From Hamiltosporidium tvaerminnensis FI-OER-3-3 (lineage: Eukaryota > Fungi > Microsporidia), in contig CM061247.1 in the NCBI GenBank assembly GCA_022605425.2, positions 310,001 through 374,000 of the forward strand: a DNA stretch of 64,000 bases, in the 5' to 3' direction. A model generated the notes under the pieces. It worked only from the letters and a program-made list of their open reading frames with translations, was not told where the DNA came from and searched no databases. The position numbers and the translations under genes are program-made. Positions 50,610 through 62,948 of this stretch are shown one piece after another. Every line of letters starts with the position of its first letter. Position 1 is the stretch's first letter.

Positions 50610-52611
50610 TTTTCTGGACATTTAAGTTAAAAACCTTTTTTTCTTTACGGAATTATCATTTGTCTTTTGTGTTGTCAAATTTGCAGTCAAATCGATTAAA
50701 ACATTGACCCCCTTGTCTTAGATGACATTCTTGCTCATTCTATTAATGAAATCTCGGACCAGGAGATTTCTTCGAAGCAAATAAACATTTCATTGCATAT
50801 TTTAAATTAGTTTCTTGAATATATAGATACAATATTCAATGTTTATGACCCAATTTATATATTAGCAACATTTTAAGAATTAATACCAGAATGTTTCTTT
50901 CACCAGTGCGACCGGTTTCAACATCTGGAACTCGAAATCTTACTTTATCACCTTTATTTGAAACAAGATATTTTGAACTAGAGACTTGAAGCATGTTTTC
51001 GCCTCTTTTGTTTACATTGCTTACTGAAATCTGCTGATTTTTAATATGTCAGATTTTCGTTTTTTCAAATCCGAATTCTCGGAAAACAAATCATAAGGTT
51101 CATTCAAATTTTTTTCATGATCAGATATTAGAGCATCAGATGGCACATAACATTTATTTCTCTTTCTATGTCATTGGAGTCGGAACTTGATTTAAACAAC
51201 TTAATTGAAGATTGATCATAAGAATCTAACATAAATACTTCTTCTTATTATGTTGACTTGTTGATATATCGAGATGATCATTTTATAGTGTAACCTCGTC
51301 TAAGTTTGTAGATTATATTTATCTTTTAATATTACTTCTAAGTCTTCTTCACAACTTTTATTAGGAAGAACTTCTGTTGGTAGAAATTTTTTTTGCCAAC
51401 TTTTAACTTTGTTGCAAACATTGCTTCACAATATGTACAGTTTATATCACTAGGAAAAGCTTTTTTTCATAATCCGAACAAAACGAAGCCTTCTGATCAT
51501 CTTCTGCTGTTACCGTCTTCCAGCCACAAACAAAGCAAATTCTTCCCATCTTCGTTCGCACTTTGCACAGAACCTTGACTTTGAGAGTGTCTAGGCTTTC
51601 AATGTACCATCATTGAATTGGTCTAAGTTCTACATATTCTTTATAGGTTTGATTACGAATTATCTGCCGTTATCACTTCTACTAAATACTAGGGGCACCA
51701 AAAATAGTAAAAAAACTCCAGAAGTACATTAGCTGATTCTTCTGCATTTTTGCTTTGAAGCAGTCGAAACCGAAAAAAATCGTTAAACTTTCTTGGTATA
51801 CCAGTATGAATTTATATGGATCATCAGATTGTGACTATATTTCAATTAAATCGACCTGAAATTTAGAATTTGTGTTTTTACTTTGTATAGATTTAAAAAC
51901 TAATTCTTTTTTTGGCACATTGTGTTTTTTTTCGCATGGCATACACAAATGTAGATAAGCTACTAACGTTTCTTTTGTAATATTTCTACTTTTAATTAAT
52001 CCTTTTTTCTATACGATTTCTACCACCGCACTCAATCACAGCATGTGCATCTTATAAAATATAAAATATATCTCCCCGATGCACATAAAACCTAATTTTC
52101 TTTTTACCTTTCTCTATAGGAATAATTGGTTTTTCCTTCCCACCTATATTTAATATGTCAAACTTGCGCAAACGCTGATAGCCTTTGGGTTTTTTTCCTG
52201 ATAAATTGCATTTAGATGTTTTAATCTTTTATATTAATTCAAAATATTGCATTTTTGTAAAGATTTGTGTATTTTGACCTTTGGATAGGCAAAATTCATC
52301 TAGCCGCTTATTGAAACAATCTTTGTTTCGCTTTGATTTGCTAAGATGTTTCCTGTATTTTATTCTTCTGAAAAACAACCTGGATCTATAAAGCAAGACT
52401 GGAAAAAACAATTAATTCGTTGAAATCTCAGACGGCACAAGCGTATTTCTAAAATAATTGCTTATTTACCAATGGAGATCATATCGGATGTAAATTGCTA
52501 AATTTCCAGAAATTTTCGAAGTGACTTGTGAAATTGTAGCCATATTTTGTTTACCTGGCACAGTAAAAAAATATTTAGTTGAGCAAAAAATTTCATCAAT
52601 TGCCCGTGAAA
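50610..52611 (-). mobile_element. Decayed Ginger2/TDD-like integrase transposon (KRBA2/SCAND3-type)
   Basis: Minus-strand GGRNR, FQVDLI, YKFILVYQ, IFGAPSI.SDNGR, KPRHSQSQGSV..AN, GDKVRFRVPDV and a GGQ/Cys-rich tail remnant. Terminus ttgcccgtga at 52600-52609. Confidence 0.8.
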
Positions 52612-53430
52612 TGTAAAAGGAACCGATTTAAATTTGAGTTTAGAAAATATTTGTGAAAATGATATTCTTGATACCTTTTTTTGACCTAAAGATGGTTTAT
52701 GTCTTTGTTCCTGAAACTTAATAAAATAATTGTTGTAAATAAAAATCTTAGTGCAATTTTATTGGAAAAGCAAATTTGTAACAATTTTTTTAATTATTTT
52801 ACTGGAATATGATCGTTTTGAACAAATTTGGACTTGAAATAATAGGATATTCAAATAGTAATTTTAAACAAAGTGAATTTATTTACGAAAGCCAATTGTA
52901 TATTGAAGAAAAAGATGAATTTTGTAAATCAGAAGAAAAATATGTAATAAATTTAGTTAAGCTTTAAATAAATTGATTCTACGTTTTTTTTATGGCTTTT
53001 GAATTAAAATAATTTATGAATCCATTAATTTCATAAAAATAGATTGATTCTAACTTGCTTGTTTATATTTTTAATTAAGAAGAGACATTTATAAATCTTT
53101 ATAAATCTAAGGAATTTTAAATTCCAATTGATATTTGATTAACTTAAATTAAATTTAGGATACATCAAAGAAATCTTAAAATCATAAATTTTATTGAAAA
53201 AATACAAAAGAAAATTAATTAAAATTCTTGCAGAGATAAAAAAAATGAATATCATAATTTGTATGTTTTTGGTTGAATTTACTATTTCATAATGTAGAAT
53301 TAGATTACTGTGAAAATTTTACATTTAAATTTTGATTTTTAGATATTTACAGAAACATTTATTTGTGTACTTGCTACTTAATATTTTTATAGTTTTTATT
53401 GAAAGAAATTCTTAATTATTTTTATACTAA

Positions 53431-53660
53431 CTGGGAGAGAACGTCTGGGTGTTATTATGCGGGCATGGGAATCACCCCCTTTAAGAAGAGAGGGGAAGAT
53501 GGTGCAAAATTTTAAACCAAAAATAAAGCACGCTTTATTTCCGGAGGAACACTTTGACCGACCATAACATAAATAGTCGGATTTGGAGAAGGACAAAGTG
53601 GTTAAGGGTATAGAAACATGTAAAATCGAAAATATTTTAACCCAGAATTTATTAACTAAA
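53431..53660 (+). mobile_element. 5'-truncated R4/Dong-type insertion (3' 230 bp)
   Basis: Matches 27140-27415. TSD tttatactaa at 53421-53430 and 53663-53672. Confidence 0.85.
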
Positions 53661-54080
53661 TATTTATACTAAAAAAGTAAAATTTTACAAGTTTTCAAGA
53701 AATTTAATTACAAAGAAAAGTCATAACTATCAAATTGATAAATTATTTTTTGAGAGATATATATTATATATCAATAAAATTCTAATTTCAAAATATTTTA
53801 AAATTAAATATTTTCTTAATATAATTAAGTGCATCTAATTCTTTTTTTGATGTACAATATGTATTAAGACTTAATGAGATAATGTATGTACTGAAATACT
53901 ATTATAGAATACTCTCATCTGGGTCTTAAAATAATACCTTATTTAAATATATCTTTTAAAATATTACCTAAAACACATTTTTTAATTTGCAAGTTTAATC
54001 TGTGTTTTAATGAAAAAATTAACTTTTGATTGATTTAATAAAAAAAATATTTTAATTTATCAAATATAAAATATAAATAC

Positions 54081-54719
54081 ATGAATACTTGGAATTTTAT
54101 GAATAGAACTAAATCTAAAAATATATTTGGGTCCTTTGGTGTATCTATGCTTGCTTTTCTTCTGGTTACATATGTTAGATCTGCTGAAAGAGAATCAAGA
54201 AGAGAAATAACACTATTATTTGATAGAAAGAATTTGCTATCAGCTAAGAATAAAACATTTGTTGCCAATCCTATACAAGATGCATATTGTTCGTCTAGAT
54301 CGAAAAGGTCAGGAAATTATAGAAGCGATGATTCTTCTTCTCGATATAGAACAGAATCTAGTGATGAAGATGTAGGAGTTAGACATCGTAGTACAAGCAG
54401 AGCATTACAAAGGTCCCATCATGAAGAATCTAAGCCAAATTCAAAAAACTCATATGATTTATTAGATGAAAGAATTTCTAGATCCGAGACAAGGATTGTA
54501 AATATAAAAAAAAGATTTGATAGAAGTTCTTCAAAATCTCTAAAGACTAAAGTAGAGGAACGCCTGGCTCATTTTCGGGAAGAACTTCATTGCTTAGAAC
54601 AAGAATATGAAGGGCGAAACTTAAAACCCGATGAAATTCGCCAATTAGAAGATACAATGGATGATATTGAAAAATCGCTGTTCAAATTAGAAGAGTCTGC
54701 TGATAAAAAAGGGTTATAA
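54081..54719 (+). CDS. Hypothetical protein with an N-terminal hydrophobic segment, Ser/Arg-rich middle and C-terminal coiled coil
   Basis: IFGSFGVSMLAFLLVTYV (signal or anchor), then SSRSKRSG..DSSSRY and a heptad-rich C-terminus. Confidence 0.75.
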   Translation: MNTWNFMNRTKSKNIFGSFGVSMLAFLLVTYVRSAERESRREITLLFDRKNLLSAKNKTFVANPIQDAYCSSRSKRSGNYRSDDSSSRYRTESSDEDVGVRHRSTSRALQRSHHEESKPNSKNSYDLLDERISRSETRIVNIKKRFDRSSSKSLKTKVEERLAHFREELHCLEQEYEGRNLKPDEIRQLEDTMDDIEKSLFKLEESADKKGL

Positions 54720-54989
54720 CCAGAATTATTTCTTCAATAAACTTCTTCCGATTTTTGTATTTATTTTACCGATAAATATTATTCTTTTAGGGTAATATTT
54801 TTTTTGTTGATTCTGATAAAATTGGAATAATAAAAGCGCACAGTAAAAAATGATAAAATATGGGCTGCAACCGACGTTTATTTGCAAAAAAAACCCGAAG
54901 CAAATGTATTAACAGCACCTACTTTGAAGTTATTACCCCTTTTCACTATTAAAAAATCAAAACATCTACATCCGATCTAAACATGCAAT

Positions 54990-56000
54990 GATACAGAGAG
55001 TATGGACTTGGCGCCTTATATTTGCCTAATACATCACTTTATTCTTCAGTTAAAGTCTCGGTGTGTGAGAAAATATAACGACATGGAGAAATACTTATAC
55101 CCTAGCTGTTCCCGAAGGCAACCGGTTCATGGAAGTGAGTACAATAGTCATCTCATTAACATTAACCTCAGAAGAATGGCTTCGAAAAATATTTTTTGCA
55201 TTGCAGACAAGTTTTGAAGGATTTCCTTAAAACGACTGGAAAAGGCTTTACGAATACCAGAATGAAAAATTCGGTTGGGCTACAAATCTCGATGCGTTAA
55301 ACAGTCCAGATAGAAATGCGAAATGAGACTAGGATCAGAAGAGGATGAAACGACCTGCAGAAACAGTGCTTGTCTCAATACTATGTTTCATGGGCGATAT
55401 ACTCGCGTGGATATTACTATGAGTAATGTTTTGCAATTTATAAAAGAACCATTGGATGAGAAAATTTTAGGAAATCTATGATCGTAACTCAAAAATCTTA
55501 AGGGAACTGGTTGATCCAAAGATCCTGGATTTCATTAATAAGCAACCCGCCAAACAGGCTGAATCATATGCACTTTGTTTATTTACCTTTACTACCATAT
55601 CTACAAGATGCAGGTATTATATGAAGAGTCAAAACCAAAAAGAGGTCTATCTCTGCTTGGAAGGTAAACAAAGGGTGCAATAATATCCCCAAGTTATTAT
55701 TTTTAAAGATCTCACTGAAACTGCCTATAAGCAAGTAAAACCACCTTTGGAAATTAAAATCCTTAAAAAACATTTGAGAGTGTTTTATGTTAACTTGAGC
55801 AGTATAAATAGACTTTTCGGTGCTTAATTGGAAATAATGAGTTTTGGGGTTTCTAAATGGAAAACCTACGATGATATAAATAGGAAGCAAGGTCGAACGA
55901 ACTTATGGTTAAAATGACAGTAAATTATTTTACTTGAGTTATCCTAGCATCATAAATATAAGCATATGGCTAGCCGTTATGAAATTGTGACCTTTTTGTT
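54990..56000 (+). mobile_element. Possible decayed Merlin/ISXO2-like transposase
   Basis: Cys-containing N-terminal trace, DETTCR..GR (~55345) and KGAIIS...KDL..Y (~55670), in Merlin-like order. Weak. Confidence 0.3.
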
Positions 56001-56184
56001 TATGGTGCAAACAAAAATGATGGTATAGCTAAGCATGATAATTATCAGATACCGTTTAATTTAGTTAATTCACAAGCCATGTTTCTTTTACATTAAACTT
56101 TTTAGATATCATTAATTGTCTATTCATTTAGAAAGCTCTGTAATTGATTGTATCTCAATTTTAACGTAAGAAACTTTACTTCTT

Positions 56185-57910
56185 CGGAAATATTTTTATG
56201 ATATTGTGAAAGTACTATGTTTAGAACGTATACCTCGGATGTATTGATTCTACTGCTGGCGTAAATATTTTAATTTAATAAGAATTACTACAAGGAGTCC
56301 CTAAATAAAGACAATTATTTGAATTTTTATCATCTGAAAGTAAACGACAAGCTATGTGGCAAAAATTGTTCTTCCAAGTGAAAAGAAAGTGTGATTTTAT
56401 AAATAATATTTAATACTCTCAGAAGCGTGCAGAATGCAAATTCAACTAATGTGATAAATTTCTTGAATATGAACATAGAAAAAATATTTACGCTACCAAA
56501 ATTAATTTCGAATGAGAATGGGCTAGTAGTCATGCGTTTTAAAGCAATCCATTATTTCTTGATTTATCTACTCTGAGATTGAAATTTATCAAGATACTAT
56601 ATCAAAAAAAGTCAATATTTACATAGAGCTTAAAAAATCATAAGTACGGGAAATATGAAAGTAATATTTACGGTAATATTTTGTAACGTTTTCTCAGTAG
56701 ACTAAGTATAGATCGGTTCGGCGCAAACTTATGAGAAGTTCATAACATTTACAATATAGACAAATGCTATTTTTATACTAATAATCATAGCTTGTTATTG
56801 CATGTTCTAAGTTATTTGGCTTAGACACGTTGAAAATTGAAATCTTTTCCAGGAAAGGTGAATTTTTAGAAATCATTGATTTATAATCAATGAACGCTTA
56901 TTTAATTACTATGATACATGGTGCGAAGATACTGCTACTTTTCTAGAAAATATTAGTGGTTATAAATATTTGAGAAAATTTGGAGATAGCAAAGAAAATC
57001 AAACACGTAGCTCATCTGAATAAATACAGACATGACTAATAACAAGAGTGCAGAACTTTGTTACACTAGACTAGATGCAACCAAATTATATTATGCAATA
57101 AATCAACATGCGAAATTGTCAATCATTTATCATATAGGAGTAGTAAAACATAAACGACCAGCTTCTCCGAGTTAGATGATACAGTTAGTGCTGTGTTAGT
57201 AAAGAATAAGGTAGATCTCAATGCAGGATTAAAGAGCGTCTATGTCTGTCGTTAATAGAACTTCGAAGGGGGTCTTAAAAATATTGAGTTCAGAGTGAAC
57301 ATATTCTTCTGCAACTCTGGTATGTCTGGGAATAATTAAAAAACAATAAAATCGAAAAGCATCAATCCTAAAGCAGAAAAACACAAATAAAACTAAGTTA
57401 GCACATAAAAAAGGCCTCTTAAAAATAAAATTGAAGTTTGAGGGAAAAGTTAGAAAAAAATATTAGGATGAGATTTAATTAGCAATTAATAGAATAAAAT
57501 AGAAAAGCGAAAAATTTAATTACATTATATTTTCGGGGAAAAAAAATCGAGGATGAATAGTATTTTTTCTGGAAGTCTAAAGTAAGCGAATATCAGGCAA
57601 CAAGACAAAGCACGTTTTTCTATACCAAAGATATCAATATATTCCTAGAATTAAAATAAATTTTAGCATGGTTTTGATCTTTGAACAAAAACATTTAGAT
57701 ATTCGATGTTTTAAAAATTCTTGAGCAAAAAAATCCTCAAAATGAATTTATCTATCTGTATACATTCATATACCCGTCATAAATATAAATTAAAATGTAT
57801 AAAACAAACAAAAGTACTCTTCTGGCTCAGATTTCATGAAAATCTTTTGTAAGTAATATCAAATATAAGAATAAGATCAATATGTAAATTCGAAATGATT
57901 GATAAAATAT
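56185..57910 (+). mobile_element. Decayed R4/Dong-type fragments, including the uninterrupted paralogue of the RTE insertion site
   Basis: tttatgatattgtgaaagt, gaagatactgctact and aatcaacatgcga match the young element. 57631-57910 matches 40910-41083 joined to 44187-44295. Confidence 0.75.
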
Positions 57911-58927
57911 ATTTACTAAATGGGTAATCTGATATTAAAACTTTCATCGAGACTAGTTTAATTTTATAAGCTCGCTTAAACGTTTTTAAATCGAAGACAA
58001 AAAAGGGAGTAATACTATCTCCCCAATTAGTAAAGACACCGTATTTGTGTATTATATAGATAACATGTTAAAGTATAAGCGGGATATATACGTAGGTAGA
58101 TACCATGAGATGTATTTTAATTCGCTATAAATATGAATAATGATTCTGACTAAATTTTATCAAAAGTGCACAAAAATCAGTCGAAACATGCTATTTTAAC
58201 GAGAAAGGAAATCGATAAAAGAAAAAAATCCAAATTAATTCGATTGAAAGAATCACTAGTTGCCCTACAGAATGTCGGATAAATATGCAATTTCAAAAAT
58301 ACTAACAACAAGAAAGAAACAATTCAATCAATAAGAACACCAAATATCGAACCTCGGAATTCAGATCATACAATACAAACAAAAAAAACATAAGAAAACG
58401 ATCAACTTTGTGCCGGATATGCGAAAAGATTGAAAAACGGTGGGAAGAAGAGAAATAACTAAGTAAAGAAGTCAAAAATACTTAAACTGGAGGTTAGATA
58501 AATTTAAAGTTTTAACATATGAGTTGATGAACCATTTAATAGATCAAATAATGAATAGAATCGATAATTAAAAAAACACTATATATTTGAAAGAATAACA
58601 ATTTTATTTGACCTTAAGTTTAAATTATCAATACAAGAATCAAGCCAATTTATATATGATTTTAATAGTTTAAATATCAAACCTAATCTATAATAAATAA
58701 TATATCTTTGGGTTTAAATTCCTCAAAATATATCTTTGTTTTACTAGTTTACCAAAGATTCTGTCTATGAGATCGGTAAGACAAATATTTAACGCTAAAA
58801 TTTATAAAAAAACATTTAAATTCAATCATAGGCCCTCTTAAACTTTAATTAATAAAACTTGAAACTTTGAAATTTTGTTGCAGTTTTATTAATACGTTTT
58901 ATCTTTAACACTTTGTTTTCTTTTTGT

Positions 58928-59548
58928 ATGATAATATTCAACTCTAAAGCAAAAGATTTTTTATGTATAATTTTACATGGATTAAACAGTTCTTCTTCAG
59001 AAATTTCATATTCATTTACTTCGATTGCTAAGAAGCTAGAATTCGTGAAATTCATATTTCTGGATTCTGATAGAAAAAAGGTAAGAATATATGGCAATGA
59101 AATAGTGAATGCTTGGTATAGTTTAAATTCTTATAGTATTTTTGATAGGTCTGATATCAATGGATTTCAAACTTCAAAAAATAGAATACTTTTTGAAATT
59201 AATTCACATAATTTTCATCCCTCAAAAGTCGTTCTCGTTGGTTTTTCACAGGGTGCTGCAATGGCTTCATACGTTGCTCTAAATACAGATTTTGTTTTTA
59301 AGAAAGTTATTATGCTCTCTGGTTATTTACCAATGAAATTAGAATATTCAAATACAACAAAACAAAATCTTATGATGATCCATGGTTTATTTGATGGACA
59401 GATTCCATATTTTATTGGAATTTATTCTCGTTTTATTTTGAGGTATTTTTACAAACAAAAAGTAGAATTTGTGACTTTTTTCGGAACGCACGTGATTCCT
59501 AAAAAAATAGAAAAAATATTTTTAGGAATTTTTAAACTGAAAGAATAA
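58928..59548 (+). CDS. Second phospholipase/carboxylesterase (APT1-like), paralogue of 497..1120
   Basis: IILHG, NAWY, GFSQG, LSGYLP, HGLFDGQIP and FFGTH. The first in-frame ATG is at 58928; the ORF track starts at TTG 58913. Confidence 0.88.
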   Translation: MIIFNSKAKDFLCIILHGLNSSSSEISYSFTSIAKKLEFVKFIFLDSDRKKVRIYGNEIVNAWYSLNSYSIFDRSDINGFQTSKNRILFEINSHNFHPSKVVLVGFSQGAAMASYVALNTDFVFKKVIMLSGYLPMKLEYSNTTKQNLMMIHGLFDGQIPYFIGIYSRFILRYFYKQKVEFVTFFGTHVIPKKIEKIFLGIFKLKE

Positions 59549-59895
59549 TCATTAATTAACTTATATTTTTGCTTTAAATCATCTAAACTCAAATCGAAAT
59601 GTTTGAAAACCCAATTTCTAAATAAAATAAAATAAAATAATAAAGATCAAATAAAGAAAATGAAATTAACCTTACTTACTTATTCCAAGTCCTCTTGCCC
59701 TCACGATCTCGAAAAAGAAAATAAATCAAGTATCTTCATATGAAAATTAAAAGTTGTATTTTTCTTATTTTATAAAATTTATTATTTCATTTTTATCCAT
59801 GCTATATTTCTTGTTGGAAATAAAAATACATTATTTTTGATTTTTTCGAAAATCTCTAAGAATTTTTTAATTTAAATTTCATTTTTTAAAATACC

Positions 59896-61215
59896 ATGCA
59901 TAAAAAGTTGTACGAAGCCATTCTTAAAATAAAAAAATTAGAAAAAGAATTAGCAGATAAAGAATTATTGATCGAAATATTATTAGCAGAATTAAAACGA
60001 GAAAGAGGAAGTAAATATTCAAATAAATCTATAGAAGATGATATTCCTGTTAAAAACTCATTTTTTAAAGATTCTATTATAGAAGATGAATCTCTCAAAT
60101 CTAATTTTGACAACAATCATCAAAATATAATTAAAAATTATTTACAAGAAACCGAAACATTCAAAACCAACGATGATGAAATAAAAAATCATAATTTTGA
60201 AGATAATGAATTATTCGATCTGAAAGATAATAATTTGCCATATAAAATATCTGTAGATGATATTTTAGAAATATTCTGTGAAAAAAAAGCTTCTCCGCCT
60301 CAGATAAAAACGAATATGTCATTTGAAGAATTCGTATATGTGTGTTCGAATCTACAAGTATCAGAACCTTTAGAAAAATATAAAGAAATATTTATTCCGA
60401 AACAGTTAATCGTTTTTGTAGAAAATAATTTGAAAGGAATCATAAAATATTTATTTTCAAATTTGGAAAAGTTGAAACCTAGAGATATATATTCGGTTGT
60501 TACTGTATTAAGTACAATAAAAAATGATGAGCTTAAGGAATCGATTTTACATGACATTATAATATTTATAAAAGAACCTGTTTTATATTTATTCTATTGC
60601 TATCCTTTTCTATTAGAATCAAATCCTAATTCCATTTTTATAAAAACGATTAAAAAAATATTATCATTTCAAGTGGCTGTTGATATCAAAATTTTTAAAA
60701 GCTATGAAAATATTTTGAAAATTCTAAATAAAATATCTGAAAATATAAATTTAAAACTTGAAATATTTTCGATCGAAAGCTATTGTATGGAACTTGTTAA
60801 AGAAGTACCGATATTCGAGAATGGTAATTTAAATAATGAGGCTCTATTAATTGGTGCATCGATTAAACTTATTTGTAATTTTATGGATTGGGATTGGACT
60901 TATAACCAGTTTATAGTTGAATTTTTATATCCTAAATTTATAAAAACCAACTCTCCTTCTATTATGTATTATATATGCTTAATAACTTTTAATTCCTATA
61001 AAGATTTTGGAAATCATAAAAGTATAAAAAGTATTTTTGATAAAATTCAAGAATATATTTCTAATGAAAATATAGAATTAAGTTTAGTCGCATATCTATT
61101 TATAAGACAAACAGATTCTAATATTTGTAAAGATTGGATAGAAACAAATCAAGAGCGTTTAAAAAAACACATTTCAGTCGATATTGATTTTATTAATAAA
61201 ACAATTGTTTTTTAA
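59896..61215 (+). CDS. Hypothetical protein with an N-terminal coiled coil and an ICE1-like C-terminal helical domain (tentative)
   Basis: 439-aa ORF. Coiled coil at residues 1-37. Motif LICNFMDWDWTYNQFIVEFLYP. The CDS itself is well supported, but the family assignment is tentative. Confidence 0.7.
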   Translation: MHKKLYEAILKIKKLEKELADKELLIEILLAELKRERGSKYSNKSIEDDIPVKNSFFKDSIIEDESLKSNFDNNHQNIIKNYLQETETFKTNDDEIKNHNFEDNELFDLKDNNLPYKISVDDILEIFCEKKASPPQIKTNMSFEEFVYVCSNLQVSEPLEKYKEIFIPKQLIVFVENNLKGIIKYLFSNLEKLKPRDIYSVVTVLSTIKNDELKESILHDIIIFIKEPVLYLFYCYPFLLESNPNSIFIKTIKKILSFQVAVDIKIFKSYENILKILNKISENINLKLEIFSIESYCMELVKEVPIFENGNLNNEALLIGASIKLICNFMDWDWTYNQFIVEFLYPKFIKTNSPSIMYYICLITFNSYKDFGNHKSIKSIFDKIQEYISNENIELSLVAYLFIRQTDSNICKDWIETNQERLKKHISVDIDFINKTIVF

Positions 61216-62049
61216 AAGATAAATTAAATATTTACAATATCGCGTATTTATTTTCTTGAAAAAAAATGTTTTATTTGCTTACTCGAAATATTAAAATTGT
61301 TTATTCTTATTCGCCTTTGTTTTAAAAACGCGATCAAAAATTTCCAAATGAAAATATTAAACGGTCTGATTTTTAAAATAATGTTTTCTTAATTAAAATA
61401 ATCATTTTTTTCATTGTATTTTTGCATTTAGCTGTATTTTATTTAAATCTTATTTAAGTACTAAATAGGGTTAAAGTAACTGTCTAAGTTATAACTTCAT
61501 AATTTTCTTTTTAAATTACTACTTAGATATATTTATAGTGCAATCGTATATTTATATTATTTCATCTCTGGATTATAAGTTCGATTGCAAATTTAAACTA
61601 AAATTATCCTTTAAATATATAAGTTAGGAAAAAAAATTGTAGTCTATATTGAGTAATTGCCTATATTCAATTTCGATTATCAAATCTGCTGGAATATTTT
61701 CGAAGAAATTCCTCTATGTTCTTAATATGTTCAAATATATTTTCTGAAAACCCATTATTGAAAATTTAAATGCTATTTTGTTATTTTCTTTGTATTTATT
61801 GTACCTCATAGACCTTTTTGTCATTTTCATCAAAGATCTTTAAACTTTAATTTTTTTTAGCGATCGTTATCTAAGTTTGTAGAAGTCAAAATAAAACGCT
61901 CAATATTTTAGATAGAAATTGACTTGGAACAGTCTTTTAGAAGCTACTAATTTTTAATGTGAATATTTCCTGAATGTGCCCTTCAGTTCTTTTTATATCA
62001 TACAGTGATGTTTTTTTGTTAAGTCAAATTGGTATTCGGCTATGACTTA

Positions 62050-62450
62050 ACTTATCTTGTCGAATGAATTATATTACTTTTAAAGTCTTTTTACAAAATA
62101 TTGTTTCGATTTATTACACTCTATGGATCGGACATCCAAGTTTATAAGATGATGCATCTTAAGGTGTTTACAATACCATCTCATGTTTTCACATAGGTGA
62201 TTATATTAATATAGGATTTATATCAAGAGTCGATTCCTTGAATAACAGAGTTTAATGGCTTATCTTATCATCTACAACAATTTAGAGCCATCTTTGCGAT
62301 GTATTTTTAAATTTATTAGGTGTACCATCACTAACCTATTTACTTGTAATCTTAATAAATTTATTGCAGTCATATTTTATCTCTTGGTGTCTTGGATGAA
62401 CAAATGGAAGCCTACATATTATGTCACTGACTAATGTTTTATGATTTTTT
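62050..62450 (-). mobile_element. Very decayed R4/Dong-type RLE-region fragment
   Basis: Reverse complement ataatcacctatgtgaaaacatgagatggtattgt matches ataatcccttatgtgatgacctgggacggtattgt (~26956). Confidence 0.5.
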
Positions 62451-62948
62451 AGGTCTGTTCTCTTTCACACAAACTCGTTTTTTGTGTCTAATATCAAATT
62501 TCGAAAATTCCTCTATTTTCGATTAAACCGAATACTTTTAAGTTCACGAGTCCTGGTACAATTTTAATTTCACTTCATTGACTTTTGAAACATCTTTTTA
62601 ATTTTAAATTTGTTTATTTTAAACTGATATATCTCGGATTTATGAGTGATTGGTCCGTATATTCATAGTTTAGATAGTATATGTATTTATTAAATTTGAA
62701 ATTAGATATTAAAATTTTAGAAATTGATTGAATATGAACTTTTCTATCGAGAAGAATATTTAGTAAATCAATCCATCATATGTAAATTACTACTTTAACA
62801 ATAATAACGATTTGAGAACAGATAATGGATCCTTAAATGAATAATCTTATACTACTTATACCTACTTGAACCATGACTTAAACACATTTAAAATATATAA
62901 AACAAGTTTCATATTTGAAATAAAACCAAATTCGGTTTCTTAAACTTC

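Noticed and set aside
852-60557. The many 60-140-aa ORFs in the track (e.g. 852, 5183, 8494, 18470, 27054, 44327, 60300)
   Set aside because: They are antisense shadows of real genes or TEs, TE fragments, or chance ORFs with TTG/GTG starts and no motifs.
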